NCBI GenBank assembly: GCA_028715605.1
Contig: JAQURM010000003.1
Span: 98,810 to 162,809, forward strand
Origin: Desulfovibrionales bacterium
Lineage (GTDB): Bacteria; Desulfobacterota; QYQD01
Reading direction: 5' to 3'
DNA length: 64,000 nucleotides
Part shown: in pieces, positions 1 to 8,640 of the stretch
Numbering within the stretch: the stretch's first letter is position 1
How the letters are laid out: each line of letters begins with the position of its first letter
The notes under the pieces: model-generated
What the model was told of the DNA's origin: nothing
Databases searched by the model: none
Seen by the model: the letters and a program-made list of their open reading frames with translations, nothing else
Program-made: the position numbers and the translations under genes

Positions 1-506
1 TGGGAACGGGAAGCGGCCGTTTTGCCGCAGCCTTAGGGGTTGAGTTTGGAATTGACCCTTCAATGATTATGCTTAATCTGGCCAAGGCCAGGGGAGTTAT
101 ATCCGTCCGGGCCATGGGGGAGGCTATTCCTTTCCGGGGTGAGACCCTTGCCGCCGTCTTTATCCTTTTTACATTGTGTTTTGTACAGCGCCCCTTGAAT
201 TTATTTAAAGAATGCGGGCGGATTTTGAGGCCGGGTGGACGGATAGTCATCGCCTGCATTAATAAAAACAGCGCATGGGGCAAGCTCTATGCGGAAAAGA
301 AGCAGGCCGGACACCCCTTATATAGATATGCCACTTTTTATGCTTCTACTGAGGTGGAAGGGTTGCTGATTGCAGCCGGATTCAAAGTGGAAAGATTATA
401 CTCGACCCTTTTGCAGCCACCGGGGCAGGTGGAGTCGATGGAGTATCCGAGAACCGAACTTTTAGACGAGGCAGGTATTACCCTTTTCTTAGGCAAAAAA
501 TGCTGA
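1..506 (+). CDS. Class I SAM-dependent methyltransferase (Methyltransf_11-like), 5'-partial at the window edge
   Basis: The frame is open from base 3. Motif I GTGSGRFAAAL and post-I/III-like motifs (LRPGGRIVIA) are visible; the ORF track shows residues 63-506. Confidence 0.7.
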   Translation, partial: GTGSGRFAAALGVEFGIDPSMIMLNLAKARGVISVRAMGEAIPFRGETLAAVFILFTLCFVQRPLNLFKECGRILRPGGRIVIACINKNSAWGKLYAEKKQAGHPLYRYATFYASTEVEGLLIAAGFKVERLYSTLLQPPGQVESMEYPRTELLDEAGITLFLGKKC

Positions 507-631
507 GCTGCGAATTTGGGGAGATTTGTTATGGCGTGGAAAAGTTGTTGACATCAGGGACAGGATGAATAAGATAGCTGTCAAATTTTGCCATCTTCAT
601 TTTGGCTTACCGGTTTTGGAGGGGATACGAC

Positions 632-1045
632 ATGGGTACGAAATTGAGCTTAAATAGTTTTAAAAATCCATTACTGGTGTTCTCGGTAACCGTCTGGTTT
701 ACAGCCTTTCTCCTGTTTCCGGCTTTAGCTACGGCCGCCCTTTCTGACTCCATTCTGAGCGGTCCGGGGGCATCTCTGGAGCGGGAGACAGAACTGGCTA
801 AGGTCAGGCAGGTCCTGGAGAACAAGATGGCCGTGCAGAAGCTAAAGGATTTTGGCTTGAGTCCGGACGAGGTCTCGGGCAAGTTATCTTCGATGACTGA
901 TGAACAGATTCATCACCTGGCTTCGCTTTCTGAGCGCATCACGGCCGGCGGTGATGGGGTAGGCACGGTCATCGGCGTATTACTCATCATTATTCTGGTC
1001 ATAGTAATTATCAATCTTCTGGATAAAAGGATTATCATAAGATAA
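632..1045 (+). CDS. Small membrane-anchored protein, PA2779-family-like partner of the downstream C39-like peptidase
   Basis: ATG at 632 is preceded by GGAGGGG. There is an N-terminal TM or signal segment and a C-terminal hydrophobic tail. It is adjacent to and co-directional with the C39-like peptidase and TPR genes, as in PA2778/PA2779 loci. Confidence 0.45.
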   Translation: MGTKLSLNSFKNPLLVFSVTVWFTAFLLFPALATAALSDSILSGPGASLERETELAKVRQVLENKMAVQKLKDFGLSPDEVSGKLSSMTDEQIHHLASLSERITAGGDGVGTVIGVLLIIILVIVIINLLDKRIIIR

Positions 1046-1052
1046 CGCCATC

Positions 1053-1661
1053 GTGACCCCGTTCCTTTCCGTGGCTTGGCGCAGGAATATAGGATTGCTT
1101 GCCGTCGTTCTACAGGTTTTTCTGGCGGCCTCCTGCAGCCGCATAACTACGCGTCTCCAGGTTATCGAGGCAATTACACGCGGAGAGGAACGGGGTCACT
1201 ACATCTCTTCCGTTCCTTTTATTTATCAAAAAGATAAGCGTTGCGGGACGGCGGCCCTGGCCGGCGTCCTTCACTATTATGGGGATACAATCAGTGAGGA
1301 GGCAATTGCCGGGGATATTTTTTCTCCGGGGCTGAGGGGGACATTGCTATCCGACCTGGAAAATTTTGCCCGCCGCCGGGGATTCTACACCCATGTCTAT
1401 CCGGGAAGTCTGTCCGACCTCAAAAGGCATATCGAACGTAATGAGCCTGTTATTATCCTTATCGATGAGGGTGTTTCAGTCTATCAACGTCCCCACTACC
1501 TCGTAGCGGTGGGGTATAGTGAAAAACAGAGGCTGGTGATTGTCCATACCGGGACAGAGGCCGATGCCCTCTGGTCTTACGGGCGGCTGGAATCGGCCTG
1601 GGCCCGGATGAATTATCTCTGCCTCCTTATTATGCCTGTTTCCAAGGCCATACAAGAGTAA
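1053..1661 (+). CDS. C39-like (papain-fold) cysteine peptidase family lipoprotein, PA2778-family-like
   Basis: Signal peptide with an LAASC lipobox. Has a CGTAALAGVLHYYG Cys-nucleophile motif and a downstream His in RPHYLVAVGY. Confidence 0.65.
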   Translation: MTPFLSVAWRRNIGLLAVVLQVFLAASCSRITTRLQVIEAITRGEERGHYISSVPFIYQKDKRCGTAALAGVLHYYGDTISEEAIAGDIFSPGLRGTLLSDLENFARRRGFYTHVYPGSLSDLKRHIERNEPVIILIDEGVSVYQRPHYLVAVGYSEKQRLVIVHTGTEADALWSYGRLESAWARMNYLCLLIMPVSKAIQE

Positions 1662-1662
1662 T

Positions 1663-2493
1663 ATGCGTTCTATTATTAAAGCGGCATTTAAATACATAAA
1701 TTCGTCAAATCCCCCTGTATCCCCCTTTATCAAAGGGGGACTTGACGGGATCCCCCCTTTAACAAAGGGACAAGCTAAAATCCCCCCTTTGGGAAAGGGG
1801 GGTGAGGGGGGATTTAGGCTTTTTAATTGCCGTAGCTATATCTCCTGGGCCTTTGTACTATGCTGGATCCTTTTGTGCCTGGGCTGCGGAAAACTACCGG
1901 AAATCGTCATCCTTCACGATCCGCTCACGGCGGAGGAACACAATAATCTGGGCGTGTCCTATGAGGCGCGCGGAGAATATAGTTTAGCAGAGCGCGAGTA
2001 TAAAGAGGCATTAAAGATAAGGAAAGACCTCTTTTGCGCCCAATTTAACATCGGGAACCTCTACTTAAAGACGGGACAGGAAAACGAGGCGGAAGATGCC
2101 TACAAGAAGGCGATAGCCCTTGATCCCGCACAGCCTGATATTTATAACAATCTGGCCCATCTTTATCTTCAGAGCGGCCGCCATCCGGATGAAGCGCAAA
2201 AAATGGCTGAAAAGGCCGTGAGCTTATCCGGCCCTACGCCTCGGCGTGTCTTCGAGCGGCGCTATCGTTATCTGGATACATTAGGCATGGCTTATCTTGG
2301 TCAGGGAGAGGTTGATAAGGCGCTCCGGTGTTTAGAGGAGGCGCTTGACATTGCGCCGGCTGAGGATAATGCCTTTCTGGTTGAGGTCTATAGACATCTG
2401 GCCGGGGCCTGTCGGATAAAAGGGGACGAAGTCCAGGCAAAAAAATATCTGGATAAGGCCCTGGAGTTGACAAAAAAAGGCCGTTCTCTTTAA
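1663..2493 (+). CDS. TPR-repeat protein; the N-terminal 50 codons overlap a palindromic repeat element, so the start is uncertain
   Basis: Multiple TPR motifs (NNLGVSYEARGEYSLAEREYKEAL, YNNLAHLYLQSG and others). Residues 10-50 are encoded by repeat family 1 (PPVSPFIKGG...GKGGEGGF). No in-frame ATG precedes the hydrophobic LLCLGCG segment. Confidence 0.65.
   Translation: MRSIIKAAFKYINSSNPPVSPFIKGGLDGIPPLTKGQAKIPPLGKGGEGGFRLFNCRSYISWAFVLCWILLCLGCGKLPEIVILHDPLTAEEHNNLGVSYEARGEYSLAEREYKEALKIRKDLFCAQFNIGNLYLKTGQENEAEDAYKKAIALDPAQPDIYNNLAHLYLQSGRHPDEAQKMAEKAVSLSGPTPRRVFERRYRYLDTLGMAYLGQGEVDKALRCLEEALDIAPAEDNAFLVEVYRHLAGACRIKGDEVQAKKYLDKALELTKKGRSL
1708..1814. repeat. Dispersed palindromic repeat family 1 (units CCCCCTTT-N-AAAGGGGG), copy a
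   Basis: aaatccccctgtatccccctttatcaaaggggga...tccccccttt gggaaaggggggtgaggggggatt. Related copies lie at 6073, 6569, 8811 and 16745. Confidence 0.85.
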
Positions 2494-2537
2494 GTTATTT
2501 ATCTAACTGCCGATAAAACAATAAAGGAGGCAGGGCC

Positions 2538-2990
2538 ATGAAGATAAAAGAGACAGTAACCCATTTGCCTGGCGGGGCCGGCCGGTTAAAGCCCGGGGAA
2601 AAAACAGAAGGGGCGTCCTTTCGGGATGTCTTTTCCAAAGTTGCGGGGAAGGCGGATCAAACGCCTGTGAGCGCAGGGCTAAACAATGCGGCGCCGCTTT
2701 CTTCTATTGATGCGCTGGCCGCTCCGGGGACAGATACCAGGCTCCGGGGAGTGGCCAGGGCAGAGGAATTGATTGCCCTTCTGGATCAATACCGTATGGC
2801 CCTTGCTGATCCAAAGAAAACCCTGAAAGATGCCGGTCTCCTGCTTGATTCGGCTGGTGAGAAGGTCAGACAACTTGATCCTGTTATCCAGGGATTGCCT
2901 TCAGGCGACCCGCTCAAAAGGCTTCTGAATGAAACAGGGGTTATTATTGCGGTTGAGACCATTAAATTCAATAGAGGCGACTATCTTTAA
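2538..2990 (+). CDS. Hypothetical protein (150 aa)
   Basis: Strong RBS AAAGGAGG sits 8 nt upstream of the ATG. No confident family assignment. Confidence 0.5.
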   Translation: MKIKETVTHLPGGAGRLKPGEKTEGASFRDVFSKVAGKADQTPVSAGLNNAAPLSSIDALAAPGTDTRLRGVARAEELIALLDQYRMALADPKKTLKDAGLLLDSAGEKVRQLDPVIQGLPSGDPLKRLLNETGVIIAVETIKFNRGDYL

Positions 2991-3010
2991 TACCAGGTTG
3001 CAATCCTTTC

Positions 3011-3409
3011 TTACCCCTCAATGACCTTAACATAAACCTTCCGGGTGCGCGGGCCGTCAAATTCGCAGAAGAAGATGCTCTGCCACGTTCCCAGCAAGAA
3101 CTTACCTGATTCTACAATTACCTTTACCGAAGAGCCCATGATACTGGCCTTTATATGGGCCGGCGAGTTGCCCTCAGCGTGACGGTAGGGGAAACGAAAA
3201 GGTATTACCTCATTCAGGACGGCCAGGATGTCCGTTTGCACACTTGGATCCGCCCCTTCATTAATGGTAACCCCGGCGGTGGTATGGGGGATAAAGATAC
3301 AACATAGACCGTCCTGAATCCCCTTTTCCTTTAAAACCCGCTCTACCTGACCGGTTATATCTATCAGCTCAGTCTGATTTGTCGTCTTTATAGTGATAGC
3401 GGAAGTCAT
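3011..3409 (-). CDS. YjbQ/UPF0047 family protein (secondary thiamine-phosphate synthase-like)
   Basis: Characteristic sequence IFIPHTTAGVTINEGADPSV...HIKASIMGSSV...GTWQSIFFCEFDGPR. Confidence 0.85.
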   Translation of the reverse strand: MTSAITIKTTNQTELIDITGQVERVLKEKGIQDGLCCIFIPHTTAGVTINEGADPSVQTDILAVLNEVIPFRFPYRHAEGNSPAHIKASIMGSSVKVIVESGKFLLGTWQSIFFCEFDGPRTRKVYVKVIEG

Positions 3410-3427
3410 GGATGTGTTTCCCGTAAT

Positions 3428-3522
3428 TGTTCACCGTTCACTGTTGACCGTTCACCGAAAAGACGTTCCTCGCGCTTTTCAGGTTCTTGCAGTCAACGGT
3501 GAACGGATAACGGTGAACGATT
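3428..3522. repeat. Dispersed inverted-repeat element family 2 (GTTCACCGTTCACTGTTGACCGTTCACCG ... CGGTGAACGGATAACGGTGAACG), copy a
   Basis: Imperfect inverted repeat of about 95 bp. Related copies lie at 22424-22552 and 26524-26600. Confidence 0.8.
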
Positions 3523-3537
3523 ACTTTCCTTAAGATG

Positions 3538-4605
3538 TCAGTTTTGGTCCCCGGCTACCGGTAATCTGACCACTACGGTGGTGCCTTTCCCGGCCTCACT
3601 TTCGATGTGGATGGTACCGTTTGCCCCGGTTACTATCTGATAAGCCGTCCATAAACCAAGCCCCGGAGACTGGGTCCCTTTTGTAGTGAAGAAAGGCAGA
3701 AAGACCCTGGGGATATCTTCGCGCGTGATTCCTGATCCCTGATCGATAAATCGAATCTCGACCATGTCCTGATCCTTGATCCGGTTTATGTTAACCTCAA
3801 TACTTCCTTGGCCGTCCATGGCTTCAACGGCATTCTGCACGATTTTTTCAAAGGCCAGAGAGATATTGCTTAATGCCTTCACGGATAGGGTCTGCCCGTC
3901 ACCGGTAACCTTTATGGTGAATGGCGCAAATTTTTTTCTGAGTGAGGAGAAAATAAAGGGAATATCTGCCGTAAATAACTCTTCTTTTTTGACGTAGGAA
4001 GTAACCATAAGAAGTTCGTTGACTACTTCCGTGACGCGCAGCGCGGCCTCAACAACAGATTTTAAGCGGTCTCTGGCCTTCTCCACCTCACTATGCTGCA
4101 GATGTTCGAGGGCAAGGTCCCCCAGGGCCACTACTGTGGTTATCCTGTTGTTCAATGTGTCGGCTAACCCCCGCACCAGGTCCAGCAGGGCATCCTGCTT
4201 CTCCTTTTCCTTGGCTATCCTTCCCAGTTGCTGCCTGTCCAGGGCCCGTTGCACCTTGAAGAGGAGATCAGCCTGTTCACAGGGTTTAAGGATGTAGTCC
4301 ATGGCCCCGGCATACATGGCATTTACGGCCGTCTCAACGGAGGAATGCCCGGTTATCATGAGGACCACCGATTCCGGCGAGATCTTTTTGGCCTCTTTAA
4401 GCAGGGTGAGACCGTCCATGCCATCCATGACCAGGTCAGTAAGGATGAGGTTATAAAACTCACGGCCCAGGCTGGCCAGGGCCTCTTTGCCGCCGGCGAC
4501 CGGCGTGACTTGATACCCGTCTCGTTCCAGCATGCTGGTCAGGATATCCAGCGTGAGCTTGTCATCATCTACAACCAGGATTTTTTGGGGCGCTGTATCG
4601 GCCAT
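3538..4605 (-). CDS. Response-regulator receiver domain fused to a histidine-kinase ATPase domain (hybrid sensor kinase/regulator)
   Basis: N-terminal REC (KILVVDDD...LTDLVMDGMDG...KP). C-terminal HATPase_c (N box, QNAVEAM; G boxes DQGSGI, GLGLW). Confidence 0.8.
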   Translation of the reverse strand: MADTAPQKILVVDDDKLTLDILTSMLERDGYQVTPVAGGKEALASLGREFYNLILTDLVMDGMDGLTLLKEAKKISPESVVLMITGHSSVETAVNAMYAGAMDYILKPCEQADLLFKVQRALDRQQLGRIAKEKEKQDALLDLVRGLADTLNNRITTVVALGDLALEHLQHSEVEKARDRLKSVVEAALRVTEVVNELLMVTSYVKKEELFTADIPFIFSSLRKKFAPFTIKVTGDGQTLSVKALSNISLAFEKIVQNAVEAMDGQGSIEVNINRIKDQDMVEIRFIDQGSGITREDIPRVFLPFFTTKGTQSPGLGLWTAYQIVTGANGTIHIESEAGKGTTVVVRLPVAGDQN

Positions 4606-4784
4606 ATTTTTACCTGATGGATTGTATCAATATTATGGGTATTTGGATTCCATGTCAAGAAGTCTGTTTTTGTATTTTTTTAGGGATTCCCTAAAAAAAG
4701 GAAACTCCGGATCTAATTTTTACCTTGACGTATGGGCAGTTTAGTGAGAATTAATTTATAAGGACCGGGAAAGGTAACAATTAT

Positions 4785-5990
4785 ATGGACTCTGAGCCCG
4801 TTTTTAAAAGCGACATCTTAAAGGCCCGTACACAGCGGCTCCAGGAAAAGATGCGGGCGCAAGGCATCGCTGGAGCCCTTATAAGACAGAATGCAGACCT
4901 TTACTATTTTAGCGGCACGATGCAGGAGGCTTATCTTTTTGTGCCCCTGAGCGGCTCACCCCTTCTCATGGTCAGACGCAACCTGGAACGGGCGAGAGCG
5001 GAGTCTTCCCTTGAAAACGTTATACCGCTTGGCGGTGTGCGGGGGATTCCCAAGGCGATAGCCGGGCATGGTTATGATGTCCCAGGGCTTTTGGGCCTGG
5101 AAATGGATGTCATCCCGGCCAAGCTATTTCTTTATTTAAGGGATGACGTATTTCCGGGAGTGAAAATAGCAGACATTTCTCATGCGATTCGCGAGGCGCG
5201 GATGCTCAAATCTCCCCTGGAGATAGAATGGATGCGGCAGGCTGCCGAACAACTGAACAGCGTCATTAAAGAGGTGCCGGATTTATTGCGGCCGGGAATG
5301 ACCGAACTGGAACTTTCCATTGAGCTTGAATACCGGCTCCGCCGGGCCGGCCACCAGGGATTTATGCGTATGCGAGCCTGGAACCAGGAACTTTTTTTTG
5401 GGCACATACTATCCGGGCCGTCCGGCGCGGAACCTTCTTATTTTAAGGGGGCCACAGGAGGCAGGGGTATCAATCCGGCCTTTAGCCAGGGGGCGTCAAG
5501 TAAGGTTATCTCTGTGGGGGAGCCTGTTAGTGTTGACCTGGGAGGATGTGTAAATGGTTATATGACCGACCAGACCAGGATGTTTGCCCTCGGTTTCCTG
5601 CCCGAGGAGTTGAAAAAGGCTTATGAGGCGGTCATTGAGATACACTATGGACTCCGGAAAAAGATAAGGGTAGGCGAGACCTGCGGCCGCATCTATGAAT
5701 GGGCCTCTGACAAGGCGGCCTCTCTGGGTTATGCGGACAACTTTATGGGATATGGAGAGGCTAAGATGCCGTTTATCGGTCACGGCATAGGGTTGGAAGT
5801 AGATGAGCTGCCGGTTTTTTCGGCCCGGAATCCTATGCGGCTTGAGGCCGGGATGACTTTTGCCATCGAGCCTAAGTTCATCTTCCCCGGAGTAGGGCAC
5901 ATAGGCGTTGAAGATACCTATGTTCTCACGCCGAAGGGCCTTGAGGCGATCACCACGTCACCGGACAGGCTGATGATTATTGACGTTTAG
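4785..5990 (+). CDS. M24 family Xaa-Pro aminopeptidase/creatinase-like peptidase
   Basis: Creatinase_N-like N-terminus and an M24 core with HGIGLEVDELP and metal-binding D/H/E motifs. Confidence 0.85.
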   Translation: MDSEPVFKSDILKARTQRLQEKMRAQGIAGALIRQNADLYYFSGTMQEAYLFVPLSGSPLLMVRRNLERARAESSLENVIPLGGVRGIPKAIAGHGYDVPGLLGLEMDVIPAKLFLYLRDDVFPGVKIADISHAIREARMLKSPLEIEWMRQAAEQLNSVIKEVPDLLRPGMTELELSIELEYRLRRAGHQGFMRMRAWNQELFFGHILSGPSGAEPSYFKGATGGRGINPAFSQGASSKVISVGEPVSVDLGGCVNGYMTDQTRMFALGFLPEELKKAYEAVIEIHYGLRKKIRVGETCGRIYEWASDKAASLGYADNFMGYGEAKMPFIGHGIGLEVDELPVFSARNPMRLEAGMTFAIEPKFIFPGVGHIGVEDTYVLTPKGLEAITTSPDRLMIIDV

Positions 5991-6072
5991 AGGCCTTGAA
6001 AGAGGGGTATTATCCATCCGGTGTCAATATTCTGAATTCTGTATCAGTTTAGCTGGTTGAAAGAGTATTCTA

Positions 6073-6150
6073 AAATCCCTCCCACCCTCCCTTTTTCAAA
6101 GGGAGGAGAAACGCTTCCCCCTTTGGGAAAGGGGGATTGAGGGGGATTTT
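6073..6150. repeat. Repeat family 1, copy b (CCCTCCC/GGGAGG subtype)
   Basis: aatccctcccaccctccctttttcaaagggaggagaaacgcttccccctttgggaaagggggattgagggggatttt. Near-identical to the copy at 16745-16820. Confidence 0.85.
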
Positions 6151-6192
6151 GGCCCTTATAGAGCGCCTTGCTTAGGCATATTTTTCAAAAAC

Positions 6193-7020
6193 CTAAAGTG
6201 TTACTGAATTCCGACTCCTGCATTCCGAATTCTGTATGATAAGCGGTATTTTCTCACCAAGCAACGCCACCCGAAGCCACCTGCACGCAAACTTAAAGAG
6301 AGAAAGTTCGTCTTGTAACGCCGTCCTTATCTCTTCGCCCTTAAGTTTGTATGTATCCAGGAAGCCTTGTCTGCACACCAGTTGAGCGAATTCGTCCAGG
6401 CTGTAACTGGCGAGAAAGAACATCTGTATGCCTGTTTTGTCCAGACCGCCGGCGGGGAACCTCTCGCTAAGGGTTACCTGGGACCACAGGTCGTTCATCT
6501 CTTCGTAAACAGCCGTCCCTTGTCTTTCCCTCCATGTCCTTACGGTTAACAAGTTATCTTCTTCCGGGAATCCCCCTGTATCTCCCTTTTCCAAAGGGGG
6601 ATTTTTTCCATTAAAGCCCAGGCAAAACGGCCGCTTAACTACTGAATACAAGGGGGTTGCTGGTTTGCTGTCCCTGGTTTTGTCAACGCATGGTTCCAGC
6701 GGAAAGATGCGGCATGACCAGGGACGGTCCGGATATACCCGGCATCCATCCGGACCGGAGAATGGACAGCGTTTTTCATCGCCGGTCATCTTCATTACCA
6801 CCAGGGGGTGGCCGATTTCTTCCATATAGAGGGCTGTGGTATAGCGGTCAAGGAATTCCCTTGAGGAAAGAGAAAGATTCCTTTTCAGCCGCATTATGTC
6901 ATAAGGCGTGAGGAAAAGGTTGATATCCCGGCAGCACCGGTTGAAGCAGTCCAAGCCCTTCCGGCAGTCAAAGGGGAATATGTCATCGAGAGTAAGTGTA
7001 AGACTTTCATCCATTGCCAT
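6193..7020 (-). CDS. YkgJ-family (UPF0153) Cys-cluster protein carrying an in-frame repeat-derived insertion
   Basis: FDCRKGLDCFNRCCRD Cys cluster and CPF..GCR..P..C motifs. The segment NPPLEKGDTGGF is encoded by repeat family 1 at 6569-6607. Confidence 0.7.
   Translation of the reverse strand: MAMDESLTLTLDDIFPFDCRKGLDCFNRCCRDINLFLTPYDIMRLKRNLSLSSREFLDRYTTALYMEEIGHPLVVMKMTGDEKRCPFSGPDGCRVYPDRPWSCRIFPLEPCVDKTRDSKPATPLYSVVKRPFCLGFNGKNPPLEKGDTGGFPEEDNLLTVRTWRERQGTAVYEEMNDLWSQVTLSERFPAGGLDKTGIQMFFLASYSLDEFAQLVCRQGFLDTYKLKGEEIRTALQDELSLFKFACRWLRVALLGEKIPLIIQNSECRSRNSVTL
6569..6607. repeat. Repeat family 1, short copy c, lying inside a CDS
   Basis: aatccccctgtatctcccttttccaaagggggatttttt, in-frame within the ykgJ-like gene. 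Confidence 0.8.
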
Positions 7021-7114
7021 GTCCTCAATTCAATAGCCAAAGTTAGAAGCCGTGGAGACAGGAGACAGAACACAGAATACAGAATACAGAATTATTCTGT
7101 CTTCTGACTTCTGA

Positions 7115-7498
7115 CTACTCAGTTTTTACCGCAATAAAGGCCATCTCTACCCGCGCGTCTTTAGGCAACCCGGAAACCTCCACTGTGGCCCTGGCCGGCG
7201 GATCGTCTTTAAAGAATTCACTATAGACGGCATTCATGGCGGCAAAGTCATCCAAATCTCTCAGATAGACAGTAGCCTGAACCACATCCGCATAGCCCAT
7301 ACCTGCCGCCCTTAATATCGCCCCAAGGTTTTTCAGAATCTGTCCGGTCTCGGCGGCTATATCTACATTGACCATCTCTCCGGTGACCGGGTCAAGGGCG
7401 ATCTGTCCGGAGATGAATAACTGGCCGCCGGCCATGACCGCCTGACTATATGGCCCTATGGCCTCCGGGGCCTCTTTTGTAGTAATGATCTTTTTCAT
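7115..7498 (-). CDS. ridA: RidA (YjgF/TdcF) family reactive-intermediate deaminase
   Basis: APEAIGPYSQAV...GQIALDP..G...A.VTVYL.D..DF..MN.VY. Typical 127-aa length. Confidence 0.9.
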   Translation of the reverse strand: MKKIITTKEAPEAIGPYSQAVMAGGQLFISGQIALDPVTGEMVNVDIAAETGQILKNLGAILRAAGMGYADVVQATVYLRDLDDFAAMNAVYSEFFKDDPPARATVEVSGLPKDARVEMAFIAVKTE

Positions 7499-7584
7499 CT
7501 TTTTTCCCTATCAGGACGTCCGCCTGGGCGGACAGATATGCGCAGAAAATTTTTCAAATTATCTTTCTATATTTAAAATCCTGG

Positions 7585-7810
7585 TAACACGTTAGGTGTT
7601 TGAAACAGTCCTACATTCAGAAAAGGCTATTAATCTGGAACTCACAACCTCATGAAAAGAAGATACAAAAATCTCACTTCAATTTGGAACTCATGAACTC
7701 ATGAAAAACAGAGCAACCAGAAGCCGAACTGCTGAAAATCAATTTCTCAAAAATACTTTCCTGATTTCCTGAGTTCCTGATTAAAACGTCTTCCTGAATT
7801 CCTGATTTGA
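7585..7810. repeat. MITE-like element family 3 (termini GTAACACnTTAGGTGTTTGAAAC...; internal TTCCTGAGTTCCTGATTAAAACGTCTTCCTGAA)
   Basis: Shares its arms with the inverted copy at 24855-25000. Solo termini lie at 6184-6200 and 16848-16868. Confidence 0.75.
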
Positions 7811-7879
7811 TATGTTTTTTGCACTTTTTATCATGTATTTTCAAAATGCTAACTTGTTACAAATCCTGTAAATCTGCGT

Positions 7880-8542
7880 TCATCTGCGTCCAATGTCCTG
7901 CTTTGATTCGAGAAGTTTCCTCCCCCGGGCGAGAAGACCATAGGTAAGGATACCGGCAAGCACCACTATGTCTTCCGTAGGGAGGAAGGAAGGGATCGTT
8001 TCATCAAAGAGGATGTTTCCTTCTGCCGGAAATTCGTCATCCCCCTGCCAGAGTACAAAGGCCAGGGGTATATTGGGGAGCGGACGACATACGAGCGAGA
8101 TGTCGCCCAGCCCAATAGAGGACAGGGTTGGCAGCCCCTTGGAAAATTTCCGCAATATCTCCGGGTGACGGCCAAAGAAACCGGTGAAAGGCTTAATACA
8201 CCTCTTGACGAAAGGTTCGTAGTAAAACATGCCCGATGGGATCTGCCGGAAGGTTATCCAGTTTTCCGTGATCGGGACTCCCCGGGCGTGTATCAGGTAA
8301 TGGAGGATAACGATTTGTTCCGTTGGTTTTAGCGCTTTTGGACCGGTGATAACCTCGATTTCCACTTCCGGGAAGCGGATGGCGCACTCTCCAGCCCAGA
8401 AAGTGAGATGGAGGAGCCCTTCGCCCCGGGCGTTTCCTTCCCATCTGCCGCCGGTTCTTATGGAGATTGGTTCCGGCTCCATCACGGCCAATGTTTTCCT
8501 GGCTAACGAGATCGATTCCTGGTAAGCCTCTTCAAAAGGCAT
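7880..8542 (-). CDS. Conserved hypothetical protein (220 aa)
   Basis: Clean ORF ending before the miaA region. No motif I can assign with confidence. Confidence 0.5.
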   Translation of the reverse strand: MPFEEAYQESISLARKTLAVMEPEPISIRTGGRWEGNARGEGLLHLTFWAGECAIRFPEVEIEVITGPKALKPTEQIVILHYLIHARGVPITENWITFRQIPSGMFYYEPFVKRCIKPFTGFFGRHPEILRKFSKGLPTLSSIGLGDISLVCRPLPNIPLAFVLWQGDDEFPAEGNILFDETIPSFLPTEDIVVLAGILTYGLLARGRKLLESKQDIGRR

Positions 8543-8640
8543 GTTTCACCTGAAAATATGCTCACCGCAAAGGCGCAAAGGGCGCAGAGAAAAATATGCT
8601 TTTCTCTGCGATCTCTGTGTGCTCTATGGTGAACAAGTTT

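Noticed and set aside
1802-1987. 61-aa alternative-frame ORF at the TPR gene 5' end
   Set aside because: It is out of frame with the TPR repeats and is generated by the palindromic repeat element.
2538-2990. Flagellar-operon-like annotation for the 150-aa protein
   Set aside because: Only a vague compositional resemblance, with no flagellar neighbours. Left as hypothetical.
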